From: Thermodesulfobacteriota bacterium
GTDB taxonomy: Bacteria; Desulfobacterota; Desulfobacteria; Desulfobacterales; SURF-7
Direction of reading: 5' to 3'
NCBI GenBank assembly: GCA_049320885.1
Contig: JBMORA010000068.1
Coordinates: 1 to 36,310 of the forward strand
Length of the DNA stretch: 36,310 nt
Below the pieces are notes generated by a model. That model saw nothing but the letters and a program-made list of their open reading frames with translations. It was not told the origin of the DNA and did not search any database. Both the position numbers and the translations under genes were made by a program. Shown here piece after piece: positions 8,956-17,900 of the stretch (position 1 is the stretch's first letter; each line of letters opens with the position of its first letter).

Positions 8956-11089
8956 GGTCATCGGCGGCCTGCCGGAAGGGTCCGTTACGTATGTAACGCT
9001 CGATCAGTTCGTCGATTCGGCGGCTGGATTCCTCGGACACATCCGTGAATTGCACCGAGCATCTCAGCAGGTCTGCCGTTTTTCCCGTCTCCCGGGGAAC
9101 CGGCGCCAGGGAGACGACCCGGCATTCCAATTCCAGGGGATCCGGGTCGCTGGTCACCGTTTGGGCGCAAATGGCCAAAAGGGCGCTTTTTTCCACCCGG
9201 ATATCGCTCGCGCCCACGGCGAATTCGAACGCCATTCCGCCCCTGCCGATATCGATCACCCGGCTCTGAAATCCGGATGCCCCTTGGGAAACGGCGAGGG
9301 TGTCCGGCAGGGCCCGATAGCGGAAGCACTTGCGTCGGTCGTTTTTCTTGGCATCCAGCAGCCGGCGGACGGTTCTGGCCAGATCCGCCATGGATACCGG
9401 CTTGATCAGATGCTCGTGAACACCGGTGATATCCGAGCAATCCATGTTCCCAAGGCGATTGTATCCCGTGCACAGGACGATGGGAATGTCGCCGCGGATG
9501 GACAGGATTTTCCTGGCCAGAAGGTCGCCCGTCATTTCCGGCATGGTCAGATCCGTGATCACCAGGTCGAAGTCCGCCGGCCGGCTTTTGAAATGCTCAA
9601 GCGCCACGGCGCTGCTGGTCATCTGCGTCACCCGGTAGCCGAGGCTTTCAAGAACGGAACCCACCACCTCGACGATTTCCGTTTCGTCATCCACACAGAG
9701 GATCGACTCGCAGCCCGTGGGAATGGATTCGGGCCGGTGCGATTCCTCTTTTTCCACCGCTTCATGGATGATGGGAAAATACGCATGAAACGTGGTGCCG
9801 CGTTCGATCTGACTTTTGACCACCAATTCCCCGCCGTGGCTTTTAACGATGCCGTGCGCGACAGAAAGGCCGAGACCGGTCCCTTTCGCCGGATTTTTGG
9901 TGGTGAAATACGGGTCGAAAATGCGCGCGAGATGGACTGCTGGAATTCCATGGCCGGTATCGGTCACGGAAAGGCGGAGATATTCCCCGGCGCCGGGGCC
10001 GGACTGACGTCTGTCACGCACGGTTTCCCGTTGCAGCGAGACGGACAGGGTGCCGCCTTTCTGTTCCATGGCGTGAAATGCGTTGGTGCAGAGATTGACG
10101 AAAAGGCGTTGAATCTGCAAGGGGTCTCCCCAGATGGCGCCGCAATCCTCCTCCATATTCAGTTCAAAGGCGATGGTTGAGGGTATGGACGCCCTGAGCA
10201 GCTTCAGTGTCTCGTGGAGCACCGGCTGGAGCCTCATCGGCTTGAGTTCCGAGCTGGTTTTTCGGCAAAAGGTCAGGATCTGCTGGACAAGTTCCTTGGC
10301 GCGCTGGGTGGCGCTGAGGATTTTATCCAGGTTTTCCTGGGCCCCGGATTCCGCGGGCAGGTCCAGTTTCAGCAATTCGGTATGGGCGATGATGGGATAT
10401 AAAATATTGTTGAAATCATGGGCGATTCCACCGGCCAGGGTGCCGATGGCTTCCATTTTCTGGGCCTGCTGGAGTCGGGCTTCCAGCTGTTTTTGTTCCG
10501 TGATGTCCCGGAGGAAATTAATGGTCGCCGGTTTCCCCTCCCAGGTGATGGGGGCGGCATTCAATTCCACCCAGACTTCTTCCCCGGAGCGATGGATGAC
10601 CCGGAGGGAATACGTACTGGACACGCATTCCCCCTGCCTGCGGATGCGTTTCCGCGCCTGGATCAGGTTGCGGTCGTCGGGATGAATCAGATCCAGGTAC
10701 GGTATCCGGGCCAGTTCCTCCCGGGAATATCCGATCATCTGGATCGCCTTGGGATTGGGGAATTGGGCGTAACCGTTCTGGGCGATGAAAATGGCGTCGT
10801 TGGCGTTGTTGATGACCAGGCGGTATTTTTCCTCGCTTTCACGCAGGGCTTCCTCCACGGCCCGCCTTTCGGCGATTTCCCGCCGCAGCTGCTCGTTGGA
10901 CAATGCCAGCGCCGTCGTTCGTTCGGCAACCCGTTGTTCGAGAATGTCCTGGATTTCTTTCTGGTTTTCAGTGAGACGCGCGCTGACGGAGGCCCTTTCG
11001 GCGCAACCGGCGATGAGGCTGTTTTTTTCCTCAAGCGTCGCTTCGAGTTCCTGAATACGCTGCTTCAATTTTTCAAGGGAGGGGTTCAT
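8936..11089 (-). CDS. Cytoplasmic hybrid sensor kinase: coiled coil-PAS-HisKA-HATPase-REC-PilZ
   Basis: H-box GGIAHDFNNIL, N-box NLCTNAFHA, DTGHG, FDPYFTTK, GTGLGL. Receiver VDDE...ITDLTMP...KP. C-terminal DRRKCFR...DIGRGG is PilZ-like. Start MNPSLEK at 11089. Confidence 0.9.
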   Translation of the reverse strand: MNPSLEKLKQRIQELEATLEEKNSLIAGCAERASVSARLTENQKEIQDILEQRVAERTTALALSNEQLRREIAERRAVEEALRESEEKYRLVINNANDAIFIAQNGYAQFPNPKAIQMIGYSREELARIPYLDLIHPDDRNLIQARKRIRRQGECVSSTYSLRVIHRSGEEVWVELNAAPITWEGKPATINFLRDITEQKQLEARLQQAQKMEAIGTLAGGIAHDFNNILYPIIAHTELLKLDLPAESGAQENLDKILSATQRAKELVQQILTFCRKTSSELKPMRLQPVLHETLKLLRASIPSTIAFELNMEEDCGAIWGDPLQIQRLFVNLCTNAFHAMEQKGGTLSVSLQRETVRDRRQSGPGAGEYLRLSVTDTGHGIPAVHLARIFDPYFTTKNPAKGTGLGLSVAHGIVKSHGGELVVKSQIERGTTFHAYFPIIHEAVEKEESHRPESIPTGCESILCVDDETEIVEVVGSVLESLGYRVTQMTSSAVALEHFKSRPADFDLVITDLTMPEMTGDLLARKILSIRGDIPIVLCTGYNRLGNMDCSDITGVHEHLIKPVSMADLARTVRRLLDAKKNDRRKCFRYRALPDTLAVSQGASGFQSRVIDIGRGGMAFEFAVGASDIRVEKSALLAICAQTVTSDPDPLELECRVVSLAPVPRETGKTADLLRCSVQFTDVSEESSRRIDELIERYIRNGPFRQAADDPIQTAV

Positions 11090-11358
11090 GGTCGACCTCG
11101 CATCAATGGAGCGGAAAGAGCCTGTCGCCAACAGAAGGTGCCGCAAGGGGTTGTCCGGGATGCCATGGGACGATCCGTTTCCGGCCCTTGTCGGAACAAC
11201 GGGAAAGCGGATGATCTCTTGACTGTCGTTGGAAAAATTCGGAGCCGGATTATGTGAGCGTTATGGACAGCCGGACCAGCGGAGGGCGGCCGGAACAAGG
11301 AAGGTTCAGCCGGAATCGGAAAAATGCCTTGCAGCGGCGCCCGCCACCATTTCGGTAC

Positions 11359-11386
11359 AGTATAACAGATTTGAATTGAAAGACAA
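11359..11386 (-). promoter_or_regulatory. Probable extended -10 promoter upstream of the hybrid kinase
   Basis: Minus strand TTGTCT, 16 bp spacer ending TGt, then TATACT. Confidence 0.4.
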
Positions 11387-11436
11387 TCAAAAAAACAAGA
11401 ACCTTCCCGGGTACCGTCAAGGTTTGCCGGTTCGGT

Positions 11437-11802
11437 TTACCGGCCCGGGACGATGATCCGGGAATCGTTCCGCTGCTGGGCTTCTCTTTCCCGTTGCATT
11501 TCGCGAAGACTCTCGATCATATCGGCCAGGGCCTGCTGCATGGCCCGGGGGAAGACGTCCATGGCCTCCGTGAAATTATTGGCCTCCAGTTTCGCCTGGA
11601 TGGGCAGGGGGCCCTCGGGCGACATGAGCTGGGTATGGCCGACAAAGATGGTGGTGCGACCCGGATCGGGGCTGCCGTCGGCTTTGATGGGAATCAGCTG
11701 CCGGATGGTGGCCACCTTCAGATCGGTGACCGATTCTTCCCGGTAAAGATTGTTTCTGTCAACGGTGAAATTGATATCCTGTTTCTGGCCGGTTGCGTTC
11801 AT
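11437..11802 (-). CDS. Conserved hypothetical cytoplasmic protein
   Basis: 121 aa, GAGGA RBS. NLYREESVTDLKVATIRQLIPIKADGSPDPGR...GPLPIQ...RIIVPG resembles a proteobacterial family of unknown function (from recall). Confidence 0.8.
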   Translation of the reverse strand: MNATGQKQDINFTVDRNNLYREESVTDLKVATIRQLIPIKADGSPDPGRTTIFVGHTQLMSPEGPLPIQAKLEANNFTEAMDVFPRAMQQALADMIESLREMQREREAQQRNDSRIIVPGR

Positions 11803-11883
11803 TCCTCAGTCTCCTATTGTTCTGTTTGGTTGCTTCCCCATGGGCGGGTAAAGTGCCCACGCGGTTACCGGGCTTCTTCCCGT

Positions 11884-13125
11884 TCATCCCGCCTTGGCTT
11901 TTTCCATGAGATAATCGTGAATGGCTGCCGGAAGATCCCCCCCGACATCCTCCATTTCCAGACGGGGAAATCCGCCCCAGAGGCGAGCGGCCCTGCCGAT
12001 CACCGGGTCCGCGGCGGCTGATGTAATGGGAACAGGATCATAGTGGGAGGCATGGTACCACTGCCGAATCCCCCAGATATATCCGACAAAACCGCTGTTG
12101 AGCGAAGAGGGGATGCCCGTGTACGGATCATTGAACCAGGAGAGCTCGCCCGGCGGTGTTTCGAACTCCCGGTTCCAGAGCAACCAGCCCAGCGCCGCCA
12201 TGTCATGGGCCAGCAGCGAGTCGGACGCAAAGACGAGGCCGGTTTTCGGCGTGGCCACGTATCCCTTGTCGGGGCCGTAGGTGGACAGAACCTTCGTGGC
12301 CACGCTGAGAGTCAGCCGCAGCTTTTGCCGGAGGACCGGCGCATCATTGATTTCGGCGATTTTTTCGAAAAAGGTGTCGGCGTCCCGATGAAATTCCAGC
12401 CGGCTGTCATCCCGCAGCCAGCCGACGGCCGCTTTCAGACCGAGGGTGGTGCCGGCGAGGACATGCCGGCTGACCCTCGGCAGCAAAACGATGTGATCCA
12501 CGTGATTCAGGATATCGGGCAACATCAGCTCGTTCTTCCAGTTGCCGGGGGACGAGGTCCGATAGCCGCTGTATGCGTCGTACCCGTATTCGTCGAAATA
12601 ATGCATTTCGGCTCCGGATTCGATGGCCGCCACATGCAGGCCGACGCGGGTCAGGACGTCCCTGCTGGAGCCACTGCGTTCCTCCGGTTCATGATGGACG
12701 GTTATCACGCCGGGCTTGTCTCCGACAATAACCTTGCCGGCGCCTTTTCGGAGCAGGAGTCCCGTCATGGCCCTTACGGCCAGGGGAGACGTGACGGCCG
12801 GATAGGGATTCGGAGAATTGGCCACCGGTTTGATAAAAACCACATCTCCCCTGGAAAGCCAGGAGAAATCGGTGGCGGCTTCGGCTGTCCGTTGGACGGC
12901 CCGGATGATGTCCCCATCGGAAGCATTTGGGGGGACCGCCCGGATCGTCACCCTTCCCGGCAGGTTTGTCAACACCGGGAGCGGTGCCGGTTGCTTGCGC
13001 GCTTTGCCGCCGGCGCAGCCGTGATGACCGAAGGCGATCAATCCCGCGCCGGCCATTCCGGCGGTTTTCAGAAAACGGCGGCGATCCATGCAAAACAGGG
13101 GGCTGCCATGGTTCGGGTGATGCAT
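11884..13125 (-). CDS. DUF362-domain protein with twin-arginine (Tat) signal, possibly a lipoprotein
   Basis: AAAGGAG RBS before ATG 13125. DRRRFLK Tat motif, HHG-C. GDVVFIKPV...TSP...VIVGD and LPRVSRH...TTLGLKAAVG are DUF362-like. Confidence 0.8.
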   Translation of the reverse strand: MHHPNHGSPLFCMDRRRFLKTAGMAGAGLIAFGHHGCAGGKARKQPAPLPVLTNLPGRVTIRAVPPNASDGDIIRAVQRTAEAATDFSWLSRGDVVFIKPVANSPNPYPAVTSPLAVRAMTGLLLRKGAGKVIVGDKPGVITVHHEPEERSGSSRDVLTRVGLHVAAIESGAEMHYFDEYGYDAYSGYRTSSPGNWKNELMLPDILNHVDHIVLLPRVSRHVLAGTTLGLKAAVGWLRDDSRLEFHRDADTFFEKIAEINDAPVLRQKLRLTLSVATKVLSTYGPDKGYVATPKTGLVFASDSLLAHDMAALGWLLWNREFETPPGELSWFNDPYTGIPSSLNSGFVGYIWGIRQWYHASHYDPVPITSAAADPVIGRAARLWGGFPRLEMEDVGGDLPAAIHDYLMEKAKAG

Positions 13126-13217
13126 GTCGTCTCTCCTTTTCGCTGGGATTCGGTGCCGCTCGTCCGTCAAGATGCGCCGGCTCTTCATCCGGTTGTCCCG
13201 ATGATCCGTTTCAGGGG

Positions 13218-13424
13218 TTAATTGTCCATCCGGCCCCATCTGACTTTCAGGCGACGGTTCAGTTCGTCATCGATGACGAGGTTTGCCTCCCCGGGGGACG
13301 GAGCCGCGGTTTCGGCCTTGATTTCCTCCTCGATGACGGACAACAATTCCTGCAAGTCGCGGGTTTCCTCCTTCACCATCTGCATCAGTTCCTGCATTTC
13401 CTGTAGAATTTTTTCCTGTGACAC
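13218..13424 (-). CDS. Small acidic coiled-coil hypothetical protein (68 aa)
   Basis: GGAGG RBS before GTG at 13424; VSQEKILQEMQELMQMVKEETRDLQELL...; fills the gap in a co-oriented gene run. Confidence 0.6.
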   Translation of the reverse strand: MSQEKILQEMQELMQMVKEETRDLQELLSVIEEEIKAETAAPSPGEANLVIDDELNRRLKVRWGRMDN

Positions 13425-13458
13425 GATCGCGTTCCTCCATGGTCGATGCAACAAGCGT

Positions 13459-15039
13459 TCAATGGGATACGGATTGCGGGTAGCGGTTGGCAATCGAATC
13501 CGCCAGGAGGGACAAAGCCCCGCCGCGTCCCGGTTCATAGGCCCTGCCTTTCAGATACAGAGCTTTGATTTTCATGTCTTTCAGCCGGCTTGTCGGGATT
13601 TCAAGGGGGTTTTGATCCAGCACCACCAGATCCGCCACTTTCCCGTCGGACAAGGTTCCCCGCTGGCGTTCGTCAAAGGAAAGCCTGGCGCAACAGCCGG
13701 TATGCAGGCGCAGGGCGTCCAGGACGGAAATGCTCTCGTCCGGATTGGGATGGTTACAGGCCGCATGGATGCCGGCGATGGGATCCGGCAGGGTGCAGGG
13801 CGCGTCCGATCCGCCGGCCATGGTCAGGCCGTGCTGCAGCATGGTTTTGAGCGGAATCAAGTGGTTGATGCGGTCGCCGAGGATTTCCTGGAGATAGGAA
13901 ACCGGTTCCTGTTCCCAATGGAGAAAAGGCGCCTGCAGCGCAATGCAGACGCCCAGGCGGGCGGCTTTTTCGATCATCGCCGGGTTCATCAGGTCCGCAT
14001 GGATGATGATATGGCGATGGTCTTCCCGGGGAAAATCCCCCAGCGCGCTTTCAAAGGCCGTCAAGGCCTGTTCAATGGCGGCGTCGCCGATGGCGTGCAG
14101 GGCGACCTGCAGACCGTTGCGGTTGGCGATGGTGACGAAATCGGTTGTTTGCTGCTGGGAATAGAAAAGGGTGCCGCGGTTGTCGGAACGGTTGGAATAT
14201 GGCTGCAGGAGCGCCGCATCTTCGGAGCCGAAGCAGCCGTCCAGGGCCGTGGCGAAGCACCCGCCGATTCTGGGCAGCTTTCTCCGGAGGACCTTGGCGA
14301 CATCCATGGTCTGAAAAAAAGTGCGGAAGGTCTGGGGCAGTCCCCGGGAGGTGAAGCGCATGATATCGACATCCAGATCCAGGGGAAAGCCGACTCCTTC
14401 GGTGGTATGCACCAGGGCGATGCCATGGCGGGCGAGATAGCGGCTGCCGCCGATCATATTGTTGAATACCCGGGGGATGGACACCGATTTGGTGATATGG
14501 TTGATGGCCCGGTAGAAGGAGTTGAGATGGAACCAGCCGGATTCCGTATCGAACCCCTCGTCCTTTTGCAAAGCCGCTCCGGGCAGTCTGCGGATCAGGG
14601 CGCTGTTGCCCACGGCGGCATGCCCGTCGTATTTGACGAGGATCAGGGGATGGGTCGTGACGGCATCCAGATCCTTCCGGGTGGGCAGACGCCGCTCCTT
14701 GACGGTGTGGGCGGAGCAGCCGAACCCGACAATCACCTTCTCGCGGCCCCCCCGCCCGGTACTGTAATTCCGGATCAGGTCCCCGAGTTCCTCGAAATCC
14801 CGGACATGGCGGCAGTCCAGTCCCGCATGAAAATAGGCGAAGGATTCAAAATGCATGTGGGTGTCGCCGAAGGCCGGCAGAACGCAGGCGCCCTTCAGGT
14901 CCACCGGATCGGCGTGCCGGTAAGGCTCCGGCAGCCCGTCGCCGGTGAACACGATGTGGCCGCCGTCTTCCACCAGATGGGTGAAAAGGCGATTGTTGTC
15001 TTCACAGGATATGAATGCGGCGTTTTTGAAAACCTGCAT
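13459..15039 (-). CDS. Amidohydrolase_3 (YtcJ-like) metal-dependent hydrolase
   Basis: DLKGACVLPAFGDTHMH (HxH), LDG, ALHAIGDAA, IIHAD, GGSDAP, GTLSDGKVADLVVLDQNP. Confidence 0.9.
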   Translation of the reverse strand: MQVFKNAAFISCEDNNRLFTHLVEDGGHIVFTGDGLPEPYRHADPVDLKGACVLPAFGDTHMHFESFAYFHAGLDCRHVRDFEELGDLIRNYSTGRGGREKVIVGFGCSAHTVKERRLPTRKDLDAVTTHPLILVKYDGHAAVGNSALIRRLPGAALQKDEGFDTESGWFHLNSFYRAINHITKSVSIPRVFNNMIGGSRYLARHGIALVHTTEGVGFPLDLDVDIMRFTSRGLPQTFRTFFQTMDVAKVLRRKLPRIGGCFATALDGCFGSEDAALLQPYSNRSDNRGTLFYSQQQTTDFVTIANRNGLQVALHAIGDAAIEQALTAFESALGDFPREDHRHIIIHADLMNPAMIEKAARLGVCIALQAPFLHWEQEPVSYLQEILGDRINHLIPLKTMLQHGLTMAGGSDAPCTLPDPIAGIHAACNHPNPDESISVLDALRLHTGCCARLSFDERQRGTLSDGKVADLVVLDQNPLEIPTSRLKDMKIKALYLKGRAYEPGRGGALSLLADSIANRYPQSVSH

Positions 15040-15262
15040 GCCAGCCTCTTTCGAATGGGGAACATGGACGGAACCGGGCGTAACGGATACTGGTTATAGC
15101 GGTTGGGAAGGGAACTGTCAAATCATTCGGACCGGAGCGACCCGGCGACAAGCCAATCCATCGCTTCCGGTTCATTTCTCCTTGCCTCGGGAAAGCGACT
15201 GTGGTATAGAAAATGCCGAACATACCGATTTCTATAATCTAATTCAGTGGAGGAGGCGAACA

Positions 15263-15364
15263 ATGGCAAAATCGCGGGATACCAAAAAGGAAGTGAAAAA
15301 GAAACCGGAAAAGACCTTGAAGGAAAAACGCAAGGAAAAACAGGACAAAAAGTCCAAAGAATAA
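15263..15364 (+). CDS. Very small lysine-rich protein (33 aa)
   Basis: GGAGGAGG RBS then ATG 15263: MAKSRDTKKEVKKKPEKTLKEKRKEKQDKKSKE*. Confidence 0.7.
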   Translation: MAKSRDTKKEVKKKPEKTLKEKRKEKQDKKSKE

Positions 15365-15381
15365 CACGCCGAGAGTGGAAT

Positions 15382-15624
15382 ATGAAAGCGACCAAGGGCA
15401 AACCGAAATCCGAACGGGATGTGGAAAAAGGGTATACTACCCGGCAGATGGCGGCCAAGCTGCGGCGTTTGGCGGACTGCATCGAGACCGGGAGGCGTTT
15501 TCAAATTCAGATCGAAGGTGAGCGCGTCTCGGTGCCGCCGGAGGCTGTCCTGAATATCGAGCATGAACGCGAGGGCGGCCGGGAGGAAATCGAATTCCAG
15601 TTGAAATGGCGGACCAAAGATTGA
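15382..15624 (+). CDS. Amphi-Trp domain protein
   Basis: RDVEKGY...AAKLRRLADCIETGRRFQIQIEGERVSVP...IEHERE...EEIEFQLKW fits the amphi-Trp family (amphipathic helix, near-terminal Trp). Confidence 0.85.
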   Translation: MKATKGKPKSERDVEKGYTTRQMAAKLRRLADCIETGRRFQIQIEGERVSVPPEAVLNIEHEREGGREEIEFQLKWRTKD

Positions 15625-15647
15625 GCGGAACGGATCCTTTCACCATT

Positions 15648-15677
15648 TGAGGGACCGCGGCAACGCGGTCCCCCTCA
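15648..15677. terminator. Hairpin between convergent transcription units
   Basis: GGGACCGCG-GCAA-CGCGGTCCC (perfect 9-bp stem, GNRA loop), extendable with TGAG/CTCA. Confidence 0.6.
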
Positions 15678-15712
15678 TCTCCATCCCCTTTTCCTGGTAA
15701 CGACCCGGCGTT

Positions 15713-16237
15713 TTATCGATGATACAGCAGGTTCAGATCCAGTTCCTCGGCAAGGCCGGCGAGGGCGGATTTGATGCCGGCGATGGATTTTGCAGCCGGG
15801 ACTTCGGCGGCAAGCGTCAGATCGAACAATGGTGTCCCGGAAACGGGCGCATGACTGATCTGGGTATCCAGGGAAACGATATTGACCTCATGGTCATGCA
15901 AGAGACGGACAATTTTCTGCACAATGCCGGGATGATCCATGGATTGGATTTCCAGCCGCAGGGGCAGGGCCGGATCACCCCGCTGAATCATGGGGTCCGC
16001 GGCCTGGTGCAGAAGCGTTTGAAACCCTTTCTCTTCAAGCTGTTGTAGGTCGGTCTGAATGCCTTCCAGCCGGTCCGGCGTGCAGGAAAAGAGCGCCATG
16101 ATCGAAAAGCACCCCCCCAGAACGGCCATGCGGCTGTCCTCGATATTGGCGCCGGCGTCGTACAGCAGGGTGGAAACCTCATCGACGATTCCCGGCCGAT
16201 CCTGGCCGACGAGAATGAGAATGCGGTGAATTTTCAT
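15713..16237 (-). CDS. gcvR: Tandem ACT-domain protein, GcvR-like (glycine cleavage regulator)
   Basis: GQDRPGIV...GANIEDSRMAVLGGCF and SMDHPGIV give two ACT domains; last gene of the gcv-lip operon. Confidence 0.8.
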   Translation of the reverse strand: MKIHRILILVGQDRPGIVDEVSTLLYDAGANIEDSRMAVLGGCFSIMALFSCTPDRLEGIQTDLQQLEEKGFQTLLHQAADPMIQRGDPALPLRLEIQSMDHPGIVQKIVRLLHDHEVNIVSLDTQISHAPVSGTPLFDLTLAAEVPAAKSIAGIKSALAGLAEELDLNLLYHR

Positions 16238-17127
16238 TGTTGTCTCCCCGGCCTCGCGGCCGACTGCTCATAAATGGTTTTCGCCTGGTAGGAGCTGCGC
16301 ACATAAGGACCGCAGGCCGCCTGGGCAAAACCCATGGATAGGGCGCGCTCCCGCCATTCCGCGAATTCTTCCGGCGGGACATAGCGCTCCACGGGCAGCT
16401 GGCGCATGCTGGGCCGAAGGTATTGACCCAGGGTGAGCAGGCGGCAATCCGCTGTCAGCAAATCCCGGAGGGTCGCCTCGACTTCTTCCGGGGTTTCACC
16501 GAGTCCCAGCATCAGACCGGATTTGGTGATCAGGTCCGGACGGAGCGTCCGCGACCGGCGCAGCAATTCGATGGAGCGGGAATAGGATGCCTGGGGTCGG
16601 ACGCGTTTATAGAGCCGGGGCACGGTCTCGACATTGTGGTTCAGCACATCCGGTCCGGCGTCCAGGATTACCCCCAGGGCGGAGGCGTCGCCCAGCAGAT
16701 CCGGGATCAGCAGCTCGATGGTGCGGCGGGGCGTAAGACCCCGAAGAGCCTCAACCACGGCGGCGAAATGGCCGGCGCCGCAATCCGGCAGGTCGTCCCT
16801 GGTCACGGAAGTGACCACCACATAGTCCAGCCCAAGGCTCTTCACCGCGGCGGCGATCCTTTCGGGTTCACCGGGATCCGGCGGCGGCAGAGGGCCATGC
16901 CCCACCGCGCAGAAGCGGCAATCCCGGGAACAGTTTTCGCCCAGGATCATGAATGCGGCGGTATTCCGGTTGTAGCATTCCCAGATATTGGGACAGGCGG
17001 CTTCCTCGCAGACCGTATGCAGGCCGCTGCCCCGCACCAGCCGACGGACCGATTCAAAGGCCTGCCCCTCCGGCAGCCGTTTTTTCAGCCAGGCGGGTTT
17101 GGGTTGGATGGGTCTTGTTTTTTCCAC
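16234..17127 (-). CDS. lipA: Lipoyl synthase
   Basis: KPAWLK, CEEAACPNIWEC, CSRDCRFC (radical SAM), VRSSY. GTG start overlaps the lipB TAG (TAGTG). Confidence 0.96.
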   Translation of the reverse strand: MEKTRPIQPKPAWLKKRLPEGQAFESVRRLVRGSGLHTVCEEAACPNIWECYNRNTAAFMILGENCSRDCRFCAVGHGPLPPPDPGEPERIAAAVKSLGLDYVVVTSVTRDDLPDCGAGHFAAVVEALRGLTPRRTIELLIPDLLGDASALGVILDAGPDVLNHNVETVPRLYKRVRPQASYSRSIELLRRSRTLRPDLITKSGLMLGLGETPEEVEATLRDLLTADCRLLTLGQYLRPSMRQLPVERYVPPEEFAEWRERALSMGFAQAACGPYVRSSYQAKTIYEQSAARPGRQQ

Positions 17128-17840
17128 TATGGATTCTCCCGGGCCGCTGGAATCAAGGTTTTCAAATCGTCCGGCGCCACCACCACCGGCATGCGCTGGA
17201 AAACGGCGGCCATCTGTTCCCTGGCCCGGCCACGGGCTTCTTCCATGGTGACCTCCCGGCGGGCCTCGACAGCCAGGGATGTCATGCGGGTCCGGGCCAG
17301 CCCGCAGGGATGAATCCATTCAAACGGTGTCAGATCCGGGTGGACGTTCAAGGCCATGCCGTGAAAACTGACTCCCCGGCGGATGGCCACGCCGATACTG
17401 CCCAGTTTGCGGTCGCCGGCCCAGACGCCCCTGTTGATCAGGTTGCGGGAGGCGGCGACGCCGAAGGCGGAACAGGTACCCAGCATGACCGCTTCCAGGC
17501 GGTGGACGTAATCCGCCACCCGCAGCCGCCCGGCGGCAAGATCGATGATCGGGTAGGCGACCAGCTGGCCGGGCCCGTGATAGGTGATGTTGCCCCCCCG
17601 CCGGGTCCGCACCAGGGGGATGCCCCGGCGTTTCAGAAATTCCTCCGGCACCAGCAGGTTTTCTCCGCCGCCGCGCAATCCAAGGGTGAACACCGATGGA
17701 TGCTCCAGCCAGAGCACCACGTCCATGGCCAGGCGGCCATCGATACGGGCCGCCACCAGGCGGGTCTGCAGTTCCATGGCCGCGCCGTACTCCATCAGAC
17801 CGGCGTTCACCTCCAACCATGTTTTTTCAGCCATCGACAT
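17127..17840 (-). CDS. lipB: Lipoyl(octanoyl) transferase
   Basis: LEHPSVFTLG, RGGNITYHGPGQLVAYPI, KLGSIG, HGMALNV, IHPCG. Confidence 0.96.
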   Translation of the reverse strand: MSMAEKTWLEVNAGLMEYGAAMELQTRLVAARIDGRLAMDVVLWLEHPSVFTLGLRGGGENLLVPEEFLKRRGIPLVRTRRGGNITYHGPGQLVAYPIIDLAAGRLRVADYVHRLEAVMLGTCSAFGVAASRNLINRGVWAGDRKLGSIGVAIRRGVSFHGMALNVHPDLTPFEWIHPCGLARTRMTSLAVEARREVTMEEARGRAREQMAAVFQRMPVVVAPDDLKTLIPAARENP

Positions 17841-17900
17841 GCCCCACGAATCTTCCTCCCTGTTGTTCCCCCCAAAAGGTCATTCCCGGGGACGGCATTT

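Noticed and set aside
8948..10180. 410-aa plus-strand ORF (and similar long ORFs at 12043-13221, 16953-18056, 18123-19271)
   Set aside because: All lie opposite well-supported genes and lack family motifs.
13222..15099. 625-aa plus-strand ORF
   Set aside because: Lies antisense to the amidohydrolase; no motifs; typical stop-poor shadow frame in GC-rich DNA.
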